Both the position numbers and the translations under genes were made by a program. A stretch of DNA of 32,000 nt from Candidatus Saccharimonadota bacterium (lineage in GTDB: Bacteria; Patescibacteriota; Saccharimonadia; Saccharimonadales; Saccharimonadaceae), in assembly GCF_025273655.1 (NCBI RefSeq), contig NZ_CP045921.1, positions 450,001 to 482,000 on the forward strand, read 5' to 3'. The notes under the pieces are model-generated. The model saw only the letters and a list, made by a program, of their open reading frames with translations, made no database searches and was not told the DNA's origin. Of this stretch, positions 17,063 through 24,796 are shown one piece after another. The number at the start of each line of letters is the position of its first letter. The stretch's first letter is position 1.

Positions 17063-18007
17063 TTAGAGATTTGCGAGGATTTTACGTACTTCTTGGGTGG
17101 TCTTTGTATGCATCAGTTTGTCACGCAGCTCGGCAGCACCTTCGAAGTCGCGCACGTAGATTTTATAGAAGCGTTTGAGCGTGTCATAGGGGCGGCCTGT
17201 CTGGCTGGAGTATTTGTCGTAGAGGTCGAGCTGTAGCCTCAGGAGGCCTAATAGTTCGTCGCGGGAGTGCGAACTAGCCGTCCGCTCAAACGCATAGGGA
17301 TTATGGAAAATACCTCGCCCGATCATCATGCCGTCTACACCTGTCTGAGTTACGAGCTCTTCGCCATGCGTACGGTCACGGATGTCACCGTTGATCGTCA
17401 GGAGCGTCTGCGGGGCGATTTCGTCGCGCAGCCGCTTGATATCGGCTATAAGTTCGTAGTGGGCCGGTACTTTGCTCATCTCCTTCTTCGTGCGCAGGTG
17501 GATAGTGAGGTTGACGATGTCTTGCTGCAGGATGTGTGTCAGCCACCCTCGCCATTCGTCTATACGACTGTAGCCGAGGCGTGTCTTGACGCTCACTGGG
17601 AGTCCGCTGGTCTTGGCGGCAGCGATGATCGCGGCGGCGTTTTCTGGATTGCAGATCATGGCTGAGCCTCCCCCGCTTTTGGTGGCGGATTTGTCTGGGC
17701 AACCCATATTGATATCGATTCCATCGTAGCTAAGCTCCACGCAGTGAGCAGCCAACTTTTCCATCGCTTCGGGGACACTTCCCCATAGCTGAGCGACAAT
17801 AGGCTGTTCGTCATCTGTCTTGACGAGTCGTCCGCCTATTGCCCGATCCCCTGCGGCCGCCCAACCAGTGGCGTTGGTAAATTCCGTAAACCATACATCT
17901 GGTGCAGCTGCTTCGGCCACGACATGGCGAAATACAACGTCAGTCACGGCTTCCATAGGAGCCAAGACGAAGAACGGTTTTGGTAGATTTGCCCAAAAGT
18001 TAGGCAC
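17063..18007 (-). CDS. dus: tRNA-dihydrouridine synthase
   Basis: GTG start. Motifs LAPMEAVTDVVFR, DINMGCP and the TIM-barrel pattern (VKTRLG, TIHLRT, NGDI) fit Dus. Confidence 0.9.
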   Translation of the reverse strand: MPNFWANLPKPFFVLAPMEAVTDVVFRHVVAEAAAPDVWFTEFTNATGWAAAGDRAIGGRLVKTDDEQPIVAQLWGSVPEAMEKLAAHCVELSYDGIDINMGCPDKSATKSGGGSAMICNPENAAAIIAAAKTSGLPVSVKTRLGYSRIDEWRGWLTHILQQDIVNLTIHLRTKKEMSKVPAHYELIADIKRLRDEIAPQTLLTINGDIRDRTHGEELVTQTGVDGMMIGRGIFHNPYAFERTASSHSRDELLGLLRLQLDLYDKYSSQTGRPYDTLKRFYKIYVRDFEGAAELRDKLMHTKTTQEVRKILANL

Positions 18008-18231
18008 TATTGTCCGTGACGGTTATTCTGATTGTCAATCGCGCGCTGCGCCGACTTGATCGCTTCGTCGCCGACGTGTCGCAGATCAATCTCTGTTGGA
18101 GGTAAATCGTCCGGGTCGACACGGTTTTCCCAGTCGCTCGCGAAATTGAGATAGCCTGGCTGGACACCTAGGTCGTCGGCTTGTTTGAGTCGATCGAGTG
18201 GATTGAAATCCGGTTCATCAAAACGTGACAT
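18007..18231 (-). CDS. hypothetical acidic protein (74 aa)
   Basis: This ORF's stop overlaps the dus GTG start by 1 nt. I recognise no family. Confidence 0.55.
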   Translation of the reverse strand: MSRFDEPDFNPLDRLKQADDLGVQPGYLNFASDWENRVDPDDLPPTEIDLRHVGDEAIKSAQRAIDNQNNRHGQ

Positions 18232-18360
18232 AATTTGTTCCTTTCATCTAACAAAACTCACATTTATATACAAATATGGGTATTGGTAGATGCAGACAGA
18301 GAGTATCCAAGCGGTGGGCCGATCCCCGGAGGGGATGTGGGGTTCGACCCACCGCGAGGG

Positions 18361-18412
18361 TAAAGCGGTCAAACGACCGCGCCTAGTGTCGGGGGACGAC
18401 ATGGCGCGGTCG
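18361..18412 (-). terminator. terminator-like GC hairpin plus T-tract (minus strand)
   Basis: On the minus strand, CGACCGCGCC pairs with GGCGCGGTCG (10 bp), enclosing the inner stem TGTCG/CGACA. TTTGACCGCTTTA follows. Confidence 0.4.
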
Positions 18413-18484
18413 CCCTTCCGCCGCAATCAGAAACCCCTGCGGATTCCTTCATACTTGAATCGACTTGCTCCCGTTGTATGGAGC

Positions 18485-18558
18485 GCATAGTGGTGGGGTT
18501 CAAACCCACGATCCTCCCTTTTTGCGGGAGAGCTTTTGATCAGCTAAGCTACACTACA
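18485..18558 (-). tRNA. tRNA-shaped element B (perfect cloverleaf stems, non-canonical anticodon and T loops)
   Basis: Minus-strand stems: acceptor TGTAGTG/CACTATG, D GCTT/AAGC, anticodon CTCCC/GGGAG, T GTGGG/CCCAC, with canonical 2-1-4-0 spacers. However, the anticodon loop is GCAAAAA (no U33), the T loop is TTTGAAC, the D loop AGCTGATCA lacks GG, and no CCA is encoded. Confidence 0.3.
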
Positions 18559-18568
18559 GTCGAAACCG

Positions 18569-18642
18569 AGGGACTGACGGGACTCGAACCCGCGCCTGTT
18601 CAGGCTCTACAGAACTGCTCTGACTCGCTAAGCTACAGCCCC
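18569..18642 (-). tRNA. tRNA-like gene A (canonical acceptor, D and T arms; irregular anticodon arm, identity unassigned)
   Basis: Minus strand: GGGGCTG TA GCTT AGCGAGTCA GAGC A ... GCGGG TTCGAGT CCCGT CAGTCCC T. U8, A14, G15/C48 and G53-TTCGA-C61 are all present. The anticodon stem fails to pair in the standard register. Confidence 0.5.
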
Positions 18643-18686
18643 GTGCTGCCGAAGCCGGTCGATGAAGTTGTGCGAGGGCCAGAAAG

Positions 18687-18842
18687 TCACCAGAAGTGGC
18701 TTCCGTGTATCTTGGCTTCCTCATGTGCCTTGTGGTCGAGGTTCTTCACCGACTGGCGGTTCAAGTGCTTGTCCACGAGCTGCTGCTCGGTGACGGTGCG
18801 CTTGCTCGGGTCCTTCTTTGCGGCGTTTTCTGCTGCGTCCAT
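18687..18842 (-). CDS. possible small protein (51 aa) embedded between the tRNA-shaped elements
   Basis: Below the track threshold. AGGTGGAAGG lies 6 nt upstream of ATG 18842. Translation: MDAAENAAKKDPSKRTVTEQQLVDKHLNRQSVKNLDHKAHEEAKIHGSHFW. The third codon positions look coding-like. Confidence 0.4.
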   Translation of the reverse strand: MDAAENAAKKDPSKRTVTEQQLVDKHLNRQSVKNLDHKAHEEAKIHGSHFW

Positions 18843-18881
18843 CACGAACCTTCCACCTGTGAGCCGCTGGTCGGCTCATCG

Positions 18882-18944
18882 CAGACATGTCAGGGGTCGA
18901 ACCTGTTACCGGGGTCTCCGGTGCTTCCGTATAAGCACATGTCT
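18882..18944 (-). ncRNA. 63-nt miniature cloverleaf C (tRNA-like, no usable anticodon loop)
   Basis: Minus-strand stems: acceptor AGACATG/CATGTCT (7 bp, perfect), GCTT/AAGC, ACCGG-AGACC-CCGGT and CAGG-TTCGACC-CCTG. Confidence 0.25.
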
Positions 18945-19223
18945 AGGCAAGTTACACTTTCCTACGTCGCAAGTGTATAACTTGCCTTTCGGCGAGAACT
19001 ACAGGACCGAAGTCTCCATATTTCTTACCAGGCAAACTAGCTGTGCCAGTTGGGTGTATCAGTAATACTATCTCTGTCTGTCAAAATGCGACAGGAAAGT
19101 ACACAGCGAGTCGCCCACGAAGCGTACCTCTTAGAAAACTCGCTATGCACACATCTGCACGAACACCATAGTACTGTTTTCTTGACGTTTCGTCAAGAGG
19201 AAGTGCGGCGCGTGATGATGAAA

Positions 19224-22200
19224 CTATATCTTGCCGTCGATAAGATCTTGCTCAAACTGGTGGATACCTTCGATCGATTGCTCGTATGCCGATGTATCGG
19301 GAAAGCTAAGATCTTGGATGTGGCGCCAGACACCGCGAATGAGCTGCGTGAAACGCTCGAGCTCGCTTGGATCTATATCGGTAAGCTCTAGTGCTACAAT
19401 CTCCCCTGCTGGATTTGGCTCTACGAACTGCAAGACACCGCGCGCCATAGTGTAGCGCTGCCATTCGCGCGAGTGTTCGATGAGAAGTTTGTAAAACAGC
19501 AGCTGCTGGCGGTATTTGTGTGCCTTCATTTTCTGGTAATCGGCTCCTTTGTCCCAGCTCGTTAGTACACCACCCGTCTTGTAATCAGTGACAGTAGCGG
19601 TCATGGCGTCGCGGTCAAATTGCACTACGTCAAGCTTGCCGGTCAGGTGCACATCGTCGAGCCAGACGTCTTGATGGTTAAAATTGAGTTCCGCTTGTTG
19701 CTCTGGTGAAAAAGTAGCGTATTTGGCGCGCAAAAACGTCCGCAGCGCATCACCTCCCTTTTGCAGGTAGAGTGCGTGTTCTTCGTCGGTAAACTGCATG
19801 CGCTCCAGCGATTTACCAAACTCATGGATGATGTCTTCTTCTGGTTGAGGGGATTTATGTGCGCGCAGATAGTCGTGAGCGCGCTGCAGCGTGGCGTGGA
19901 TGGCCGTGCCGTAATTGGCATACGGGCTTGGACTTTGCGGAAAGCGCAAAAGATTACCAAGCAGAAATGTCTGAGGACCGCCCTGCGAGACATCGATGAA
20001 CGTATTGATGTGTGTCGCGCTGAGTTTGTAACGAAAAAGCAGTGGCGCCAAATACTCGCGCATACTGCTCGTGGGGATAGATACGAGCGGCGCATACCAA
20101 GCTTGGGTGGCAGCTTCGAGATGTGAGCTATGCGCGTGCGGGTCATCGATACTTCGGCTTGGTATTGAATTGTCGAGGAGGAATCCGGCCTGGAGCATTT
20201 CCTTGGCGCTGTCATTTTCGCGCGCATACGAGATGCGAAGTGTGTAGCGAGCTCGCGTCATAGCAACATAAAACAAGCGAAGGCGTTCGTCGTAGTTGCC
20301 GGCATTGCGACTGAGGCGGAGATTTGGTGGATACATGATGGTGTCGGCACGTCCCCGGGCTTTTTCACCCCACATAGCATCGGTGGCGTTGACGATGAAC
20401 ACGTGGTCAAATTCCAGGCCCTTGGAGCTGTGCGCAGATAACAGCCGAACGGCATCGGCATCTTGTCCGACGTGACGCAAGCTGGTGATGTGAGTATCGG
20501 TGTCGCGGTTTTGCTGGATGAAGCCCAGAAAATCTGCCAGACGCGGTGATGTCATGTCGATCTCATGCTCGCGTAGCCGTGCGCGGATAGCAGTGAGGTT
20601 TTCTAGGTGCATGATATAGCGTGAGGCATCTTGCTCGAACTCTGCAACCGGGAAGAAGTAGTCGCGGAGTGGCGACACATACTCTGTCTCGAGTTTAGTC
20701 GTGCCAAGCAGCACGTCAACCATACGCTCTAGCGGCATGTGCTCCGACTCTTTGGCGCATGACTGGAGCCACACCCAGAATGGATGCATGTGTTCGTGGT
20801 GACGCATGGTTTCTAGCCAGCTTTGATGCGTGTTACTGGCTTTGACGCTAATCTCCCAGAGCGTCTCTGGAGCTACTCGCCAAGCAGGGTGACTCAGTAG
20901 CTCTGGTAGCAGCGCATTAGCCTCCGCATGGTCGCCGCGCGCAAGTGCTACTACTATGAGTCCGATGTGTTCGAGCTGACGCACTGCTTCATCGTCGAGC
21001 ACATTGTCGCGTCTGTCATAGCTGACAGGTATGTCTTTCTCGCTCAAGTAGCCAAGCAATGCCACGAGATCTTTGTGCTGACGTGCGATCACGGCGATAG
21101 ATTCTGGTGCCGCACCACCAGCAAGTAGCTGTTTGATCTCATGTGCGATCTGACCGCGCTCTGCATCGGGGGTGGCCAGCTCAACTATCTCTACAAAAGC
21201 GGCATCTGTCTCGGTATGTGGTGTGAGTGTTTTGTCTAGACCGGCAATCGTTGTCTCAAGTCGCTCACTGGCCTGCACGATCACTTCGCGTGCGGCCGCG
21301 AGAACTGGTGCAACACTACGGTAGTTGTCGCGTAACGTAATCTGCGTAGTGGTTGGGTAGAGCTGGCTAAACTTGATAATGTTACCTACTTCGGCACCCT
21401 GAAATCCGTAGATGGCCTGGTCGTCGTCACCTACCACGAGGATATTCGGCGAATCTTCGACGATTGGATTGTTGGTGAGATTGCGCAAGATACGCATCTG
21501 CGCCAAGTTGGTGTCTTGGAACTCGTCGACCATGATGTAATGGTATTTTTCTTGGAGCTCGTAGCGTAGCTCGGGGTTTACTTCTATGGCATGCACGACT
21601 TGCATGATCATGTCGTCGAAATCGATCAGTTCGGCCGCTTGCATGATAGCTAGATATTGGCTGTAAATCTGGCTTAGCGCACGCAGCTTGGGTTGGTATT
21701 TGGTGGCTTTCAGGATCGGCTTTTTGTCGGCGGAAACCGTCATCCATTCACGTTTCCAAGCAGTGAGAGGTGGTGTAATCTTTGGATGTGCGTCGGCGTC
21801 ATCTAGTGCCCGCTGGAGGCTACTTGCCAGTATTCCTGATAGAGGCTGGAGCGTATCGAGCGGCATGGCTTCACCTATATCGGCTATCTTGGGTATGATA
21901 TTGGCTAGTTTATCGCGTGTTGCTTTGCTGATACGGTCCGTAAACGCATCTGCGACCAGAGCGCTTGCAATCTCGAGCGCTTCATCTGTCGCATCGAGCA
22001 GCTTGGCAAATTCGGCGTCTGTGAGACTTGCGCGCTTGAGATCGGAAATTGCCTTGATAATGTCACCGATTGCGGTATATTGTCCATTCATCTTGCTGGT
22101 GAGTGGATTATTGTACGGCAGTGTATCTAGGATACTCGTGATGATACGGTGCACAGAGAGTGTGTCGGCCGGGCGAAACTCTGCACCGCGGTAGAAATAC

Positions 22201-22508
22201 TCACGGTAGCGACTCATGATTTCGGTACCGAACGCATGGAAAGTGTAAATCGACACGTTGTAGGCGTCACGGCCGATGATGCTCGTCAGACGCTTCTGCA
22301 TGGCGACAGAGCCACTTTCGGTAAACGTAAGGCACAAGATATTTTCTGGCAGCTCATCTGTTTTGCGCAGTATATTTGCCGCACGCATACTGAGTAGCTC
22401 GGTCTTGCCTGTACCCGGCCCTGCCACCACCATCACAGGCCCGTCTATCGTATCGACAGCTTGTTTCTGTGCGGCATTCAGATTTTTGTAGCGGGCGTCG
22501 AAATCCAT
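19224..22508 (-). CDS. UvrD/PcrA-type SF1 DNA helicase fused to a C-terminal PD-(D/E)xK (RecB-family) nuclease
   Basis: 1094 aa with Walker A GPGTGKT, motif II MVDEFQDTN, and VGDDDQAIYGFQGA. The C-terminus carries TVTDYKTGG and QLLFYKLL (QxxxY), the RecB nuclease motifs. Confidence 0.9.
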   Translation of the reverse strand: MDFDARYKNLNAAQKQAVDTIDGPVMVVAGPGTGKTELLSMRAANILRKTDELPENILCLTFTESGSVAMQKRLTSIIGRDAYNVSIYTFHAFGTEIMSRYREYFYRGAEFRPADTLSVHRIITSILDTLPYNNPLTSKMNGQYTAIGDIIKAISDLKRASLTDAEFAKLLDATDEALEIASALVADAFTDRISKATRDKLANIIPKIADIGEAMPLDTLQPLSGILASSLQRALDDADAHPKITPPLTAWKREWMTVSADKKPILKATKYQPKLRALSQIYSQYLAIMQAAELIDFDDMIMQVVHAIEVNPELRYELQEKYHYIMVDEFQDTNLAQMRILRNLTNNPIVEDSPNILVVGDDDQAIYGFQGAEVGNIIKFSQLYPTTTQITLRDNYRSVAPVLAAAREVIVQASERLETTIAGLDKTLTPHTETDAAFVEIVELATPDAERGQIAHEIKQLLAGGAAPESIAVIARQHKDLVALLGYLSEKDIPVSYDRRDNVLDDEAVRQLEHIGLIVVALARGDHAEANALLPELLSHPAWRVAPETLWEISVKASNTHQSWLETMRHHEHMHPFWVWLQSCAKESEHMPLERMVDVLLGTTKLETEYVSPLRDYFFPVAEFEQDASRYIMHLENLTAIRARLREHEIDMTSPRLADFLGFIQQNRDTDTHITSLRHVGQDADAVRLLSAHSSKGLEFDHVFIVNATDAMWGEKARGRADTIMYPPNLRLSRNAGNYDERLRLFYVAMTRARYTLRISYARENDSAKEMLQAGFLLDNSIPSRSIDDPHAHSSHLEAATQAWYAPLVSIPTSSMREYLAPLLFRYKLSATHINTFIDVSQGGPQTFLLGNLLRFPQSPSPYANYGTAIHATLQRAHDYLRAHKSPQPEEDIIHEFGKSLERMQFTDEEHALYLQKGGDALRTFLRAKYATFSPEQQAELNFNHQDVWLDDVHLTGKLDVVQFDRDAMTATVTDYKTGGVLTSWDKGADYQKMKAHKYRQQLLFYKLLIEHSREWQRYTMARGVLQFVEPNPAGEIVALELTDIDPSELERFTQLIRGVWRHIQDLSFPDTSAYEQSIEGIHQFEQDLIDGKI

Positions 22509-22515
22509 TGCTACT

Positions 22516-22524
22516 AGTATAGCA
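22516..22524 (-). promoter_or_regulatory. extended -10 TGcTATACT (minus strand) for the helicase, leaderless-type
   Basis: The complement of 22516-22524 reads TGCTATACT and ends 7 nt before ATG 22508. Confidence 0.5.
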
Positions 22525-22532
22525 TCGATGTT

Positions 22533-23594
22533 CTAAGCTGCGATGGGGCGGTGGCGAAACGTGTTGGATGTTGAGCGCACTGCCTCGCACAGGGCTGAAC
22601 TGCCAAGTTGGACAATACGCGGGTCGCTTTCGATTACTTCATGCACGGCTTTCAAGCGGTCTTCCCATTTTTCTTGGCAACGAGGTGCCGCGAGACTAAG
22701 ATGCCCGCCACCTTTGAAGTTTTCCACGGTAATATTGTCATATTCGGCGAATATTGGCTCCCAGCGCCTCCCCTGTCCCATAATATCTCCGAGATAGTTG
22801 GTGACATGACCGAAAGTATCCGAGGGCATGTGTCTGGCAGCATTGCCAACTGCTCCACTAAGCAACGTCGGCACCTCTTTGAGCTGTTGAAACTGCATCT
22901 TGGGGCTAAATGCGATCGTACGAGGGTAGCTTGTGACAGCATTGAACGGCAGTTTTAGAAACGCGGTCGATGCACTGAATTCATTGAGAACTAGCTCTGG
23001 TAGCTGAACCAGATCTCGCTTCAGATCAATACCTTCGGGGAAGCATGGCACAGTATAATCCCCCACCAAGACTTTTTTATCATCGACGAACGGTGCTTTT
23101 GCTGTCACGCCTAGGGCATGCATGCTGCCGCGCGAGATGCCATCTACCCATAGATTATCAGGGTCTCTGTCGTGCCGACGATGCATATAATCTGATATTT
23201 CAATGATATTGCAGACACTTTTGCCGAAATGACCCCGCCTATCAAGATTTTGCTGCGGCGAAATGAATACAGTATCTATTCCGAGCCGAGCTGCGCGCAG
23301 AGCTCTGTCTTGATTCAAGCCTCTATCGTGCGTAAGCCAAGCGGCAGTTGCGGTGATACCTAGATCGATTGTTCTTTCTTTCGCCAGGGTGGATGTCACT
23401 TCGTAGTAGGTGCCATTGCCCATTTCTACACGCTCTTTGAGGATATGCGCACGCCGGGTTTCATCTTCGTAAAGTGTTTCGGTTTTTGTGACGGGGTTGA
23501 CGAATTCCTGCAATAAAAAATCCCCGCTTTCATCGCGGGGCATAGTAGCAAAATCATCGTTTGAAGCACAAGACATTTCCATATGAGCGGTCAT
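22533..23594 (-). CDS. alpha/beta-fold hydrolase (GISRG nucleophile elbow)
   Basis: 353 aa with AAGGAG 7 nt upstream. VDGISRGSMHALG is a GxSxG elbow, and the late GGGHLS is a candidate catalytic His. No signal peptide. Confidence 0.75.
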   Translation of the reverse strand: MTAHMEMSCASNDDFATMPRDESGDFLLQEFVNPVTKTETLYEDETRRAHILKERVEMGNGTYYEVTSTLAKERTIDLGITATAAWLTHDRGLNQDRALRAARLGIDTVFISPQQNLDRRGHFGKSVCNIIEISDYMHRRHDRDPDNLWVDGISRGSMHALGVTAKAPFVDDKKVLVGDYTVPCFPEGIDLKRDLVQLPELVLNEFSASTAFLKLPFNAVTSYPRTIAFSPKMQFQQLKEVPTLLSGAVGNAARHMPSDTFGHVTNYLGDIMGQGRRWEPIFAEYDNITVENFKGGGHLSLAAPRCQEKWEDRLKAVHEVIESDPRIVQLGSSALCEAVRSTSNTFRHRPIAA

Positions 23595-23659
23595 CTTACA
23601 TCTCCTTTTTTTGTGTGGTGGTGTGAGTATACGCCCGTGTTACAAAAAACGCAAGAAGT

Positions 23660-24166
23660 TTACGCAGCAGGTGAAGCTTCAAGCTCAATACTGCGCGATA
23701 TGCCGGCAGCCAGAAGCGCAGGAGCGGCGAGTCGTGGCGAGTGCTGAGACGCAACCTCAGTTACAACATAGCTAAGATTTGGACAGTCATGCTTAAGTGC
23801 CTCTTTTGCTTGTTCAAGAAGATCGATTGTAGGTAGCACGCCTCCGTGAGGCAAGTGTGAACGATATACTTGAAACTCGACTTTTTGTGAGACTGATGGC
23901 GGTTGCGGTCTGACCATTGCAGATACAGCTTCAAACGTCATCGCACCAAGTTCCATGCCGGCCGTAACATCTTCTCGACTGAGGCGGTGCGCCAGCAACC
24001 CAATAGTGTGATGTGAGCGCCGATAGTACAGTTCCGCTACATTGTGTGCTGATGTCATAATGGAGTTATTCTGCAGCATTAAGCTCAGCAGATCCGCAGA
24101 TGCATCTCCGATATCTTTATGGGGAAAATCTGGATTTAGCTCAATATTGGTAAGTAAAAATGTCAT
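23660..24166 (-). CDS. hypothetical protein (168 aa)
   Basis: A clean ORF in which I recognise no motif. Confidence 0.6.
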   Translation of the reverse strand: MTFLLTNIELNPDFPHKDIGDASADLLSLMLQNNSIMTSAHNVAELYYRRSHHTIGLLAHRLSREDVTAGMELGAMTFEAVSAMVRPQPPSVSQKVEFQVYRSHLPHGGVLPTIDLLEQAKEALKHDCPNLSYVVTEVASQHSPRLAAPALLAAGISRSIELEASPAA

Positions 24167-24215
24167 TGTGCGGTATTTTTACATTTTTTAGTACTTTTTG
24201 CAATATCTACTCGAG

Positions 24216-24224
24216 TGCTATACT
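24216..24224 (+). promoter_or_regulatory. extended -10 TGcTATACT, leaderless-type
   Basis: TGCTATACT at 24216-24224 ends 9 nt before ATG 24234. Confidence 0.5.
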
Positions 24225-24233
24225 GTAACTACT

Positions 24234-24722
24234 ATGAACGACCAGCTACTCGACGACGAAGCTATCGAACAAATCTCCAAAGATAGGTTTGGAATCGATC
24301 TTGAGATTCGCCAGATGATCGCCAAAGAGATCCCTATTAGCCATACTGGCGAGGCCAGCGTATTCTTGTCGAAGAAAAAACAGCTGTACGTGTATATCCA
24401 CGGGCGCTCAAACTACGTGCTTGGTGATATCCAGAAAATCGTGGCGCGCATGGGGCTGCGCGCGGAGCTGTACGTGCCACCGAAAGGTCAGCCGCACTAT
24501 TTCGACGATATCGCGACTGAGAAGTTTCGCGCCACATACCCTGGTCGCACGCCTACGAGCGAAAACGATCTGCGTTATTATAAGACGCTTGCGCCGTACA
24601 ACCCTGCACTTGTGGTCGTACACGAAGTCAAAAACGGTGAAATCAAACAGTTTGATACCGACGCGTCAAGTAGCTGGCGCACTGTCGCTAAGTTTGCCTA
24701 TCGACGGATTAAGACGTCTTAA
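24234..24722 (+). CDS. hypothetical protein (162 aa)
   Basis: ORF 24198..24722. I place the start at ATG 24234 (MNDQLLDDEAIEQ...) because the -10 box lies inside the longer ORF. Confidence 0.65.
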   Translation: MNDQLLDDEAIEQISKDRFGIDLEIRQMIAKEIPISHTGEASVFLSKKKQLYVYIHGRSNYVLGDIQKIVARMGLRAELYVPPKGQPHYFDDIATEKFRATYPGRTPTSENDLRYYKTLAPYNPALVVVHEVKNGEIKQFDTDASSSWRTVAKFAYRRIKTS

Positions 24723-24796
24723 ATTAGATGTACACAATACCCGCCGACTCTTCTCGAGCGGAGTGTCATGTGCGAGATGAGTCATGAACTATAATT

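Larger units (their letters stand above)
18286..19075 (-). ncRNA. ORF-poor, hairpin-dense locus of unassigned structured RNA (contains the tRNA-shaped elements A, B and C)
   Basis: About 0.8 kb lacks a credible long ORF; the plus-strand track ORFs here are Cys/Arg-rich nonsense. The region is dense in perfect stems: 18311-18318/18348-18355, 18374-18383/18403-18412, 18860-18866/18872-18878 and 18946-18959/18971-18986. The T-arm-like motif GTGGGGTTCRA(A)CCCAC occurs twice, at 18337 and 18493. Confidence 0.4.

Noticed and set aside
18286-18480. Whether this part of the RNA locus could be tmRNA, SRP (4.5S) RNA, RNase P RNA or tRNA-Sec.
   Set aside because: It lacks the defining features of each. 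There is no GGGG...CCACCA tRNA-like end pairing with a tag ORF (tmRNA). There is no GGAA tetraloop with AGCA/GGCA symmetric loops (SRP); only CGGAAGGGCGAC is present. There is no GGAAAGUCC/ACAGAA P4 strand (RNase P). There is no UCA anticodon loop (tRNA-Sec). This was by-eye comparison only, so it remains unassigned rather than excluded.
18478-19065. Plus-strand ORFs 18478..19065 (195 aa), 18696..18980 (94 aa), 18290..18490 and minus-strand ORF 18244..18426.
   Set aside because: They run straight through the cloverleaf and hairpin elements and are Cys/Arg/Ser-rich with no SD. I interpret the locus as RNA plus one 51-codon minus-strand ORF.
19643-22194. Alternative-frame and antisense ORFs inside the helicase gene (19643..20227, 19761..20126, 21427..21747, 21688..22194 and others).
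   Set aside because: They are fully nested in a 1094-aa ORF with clear helicase and nuclease motifs, and their composition is typical of off-frame translation.
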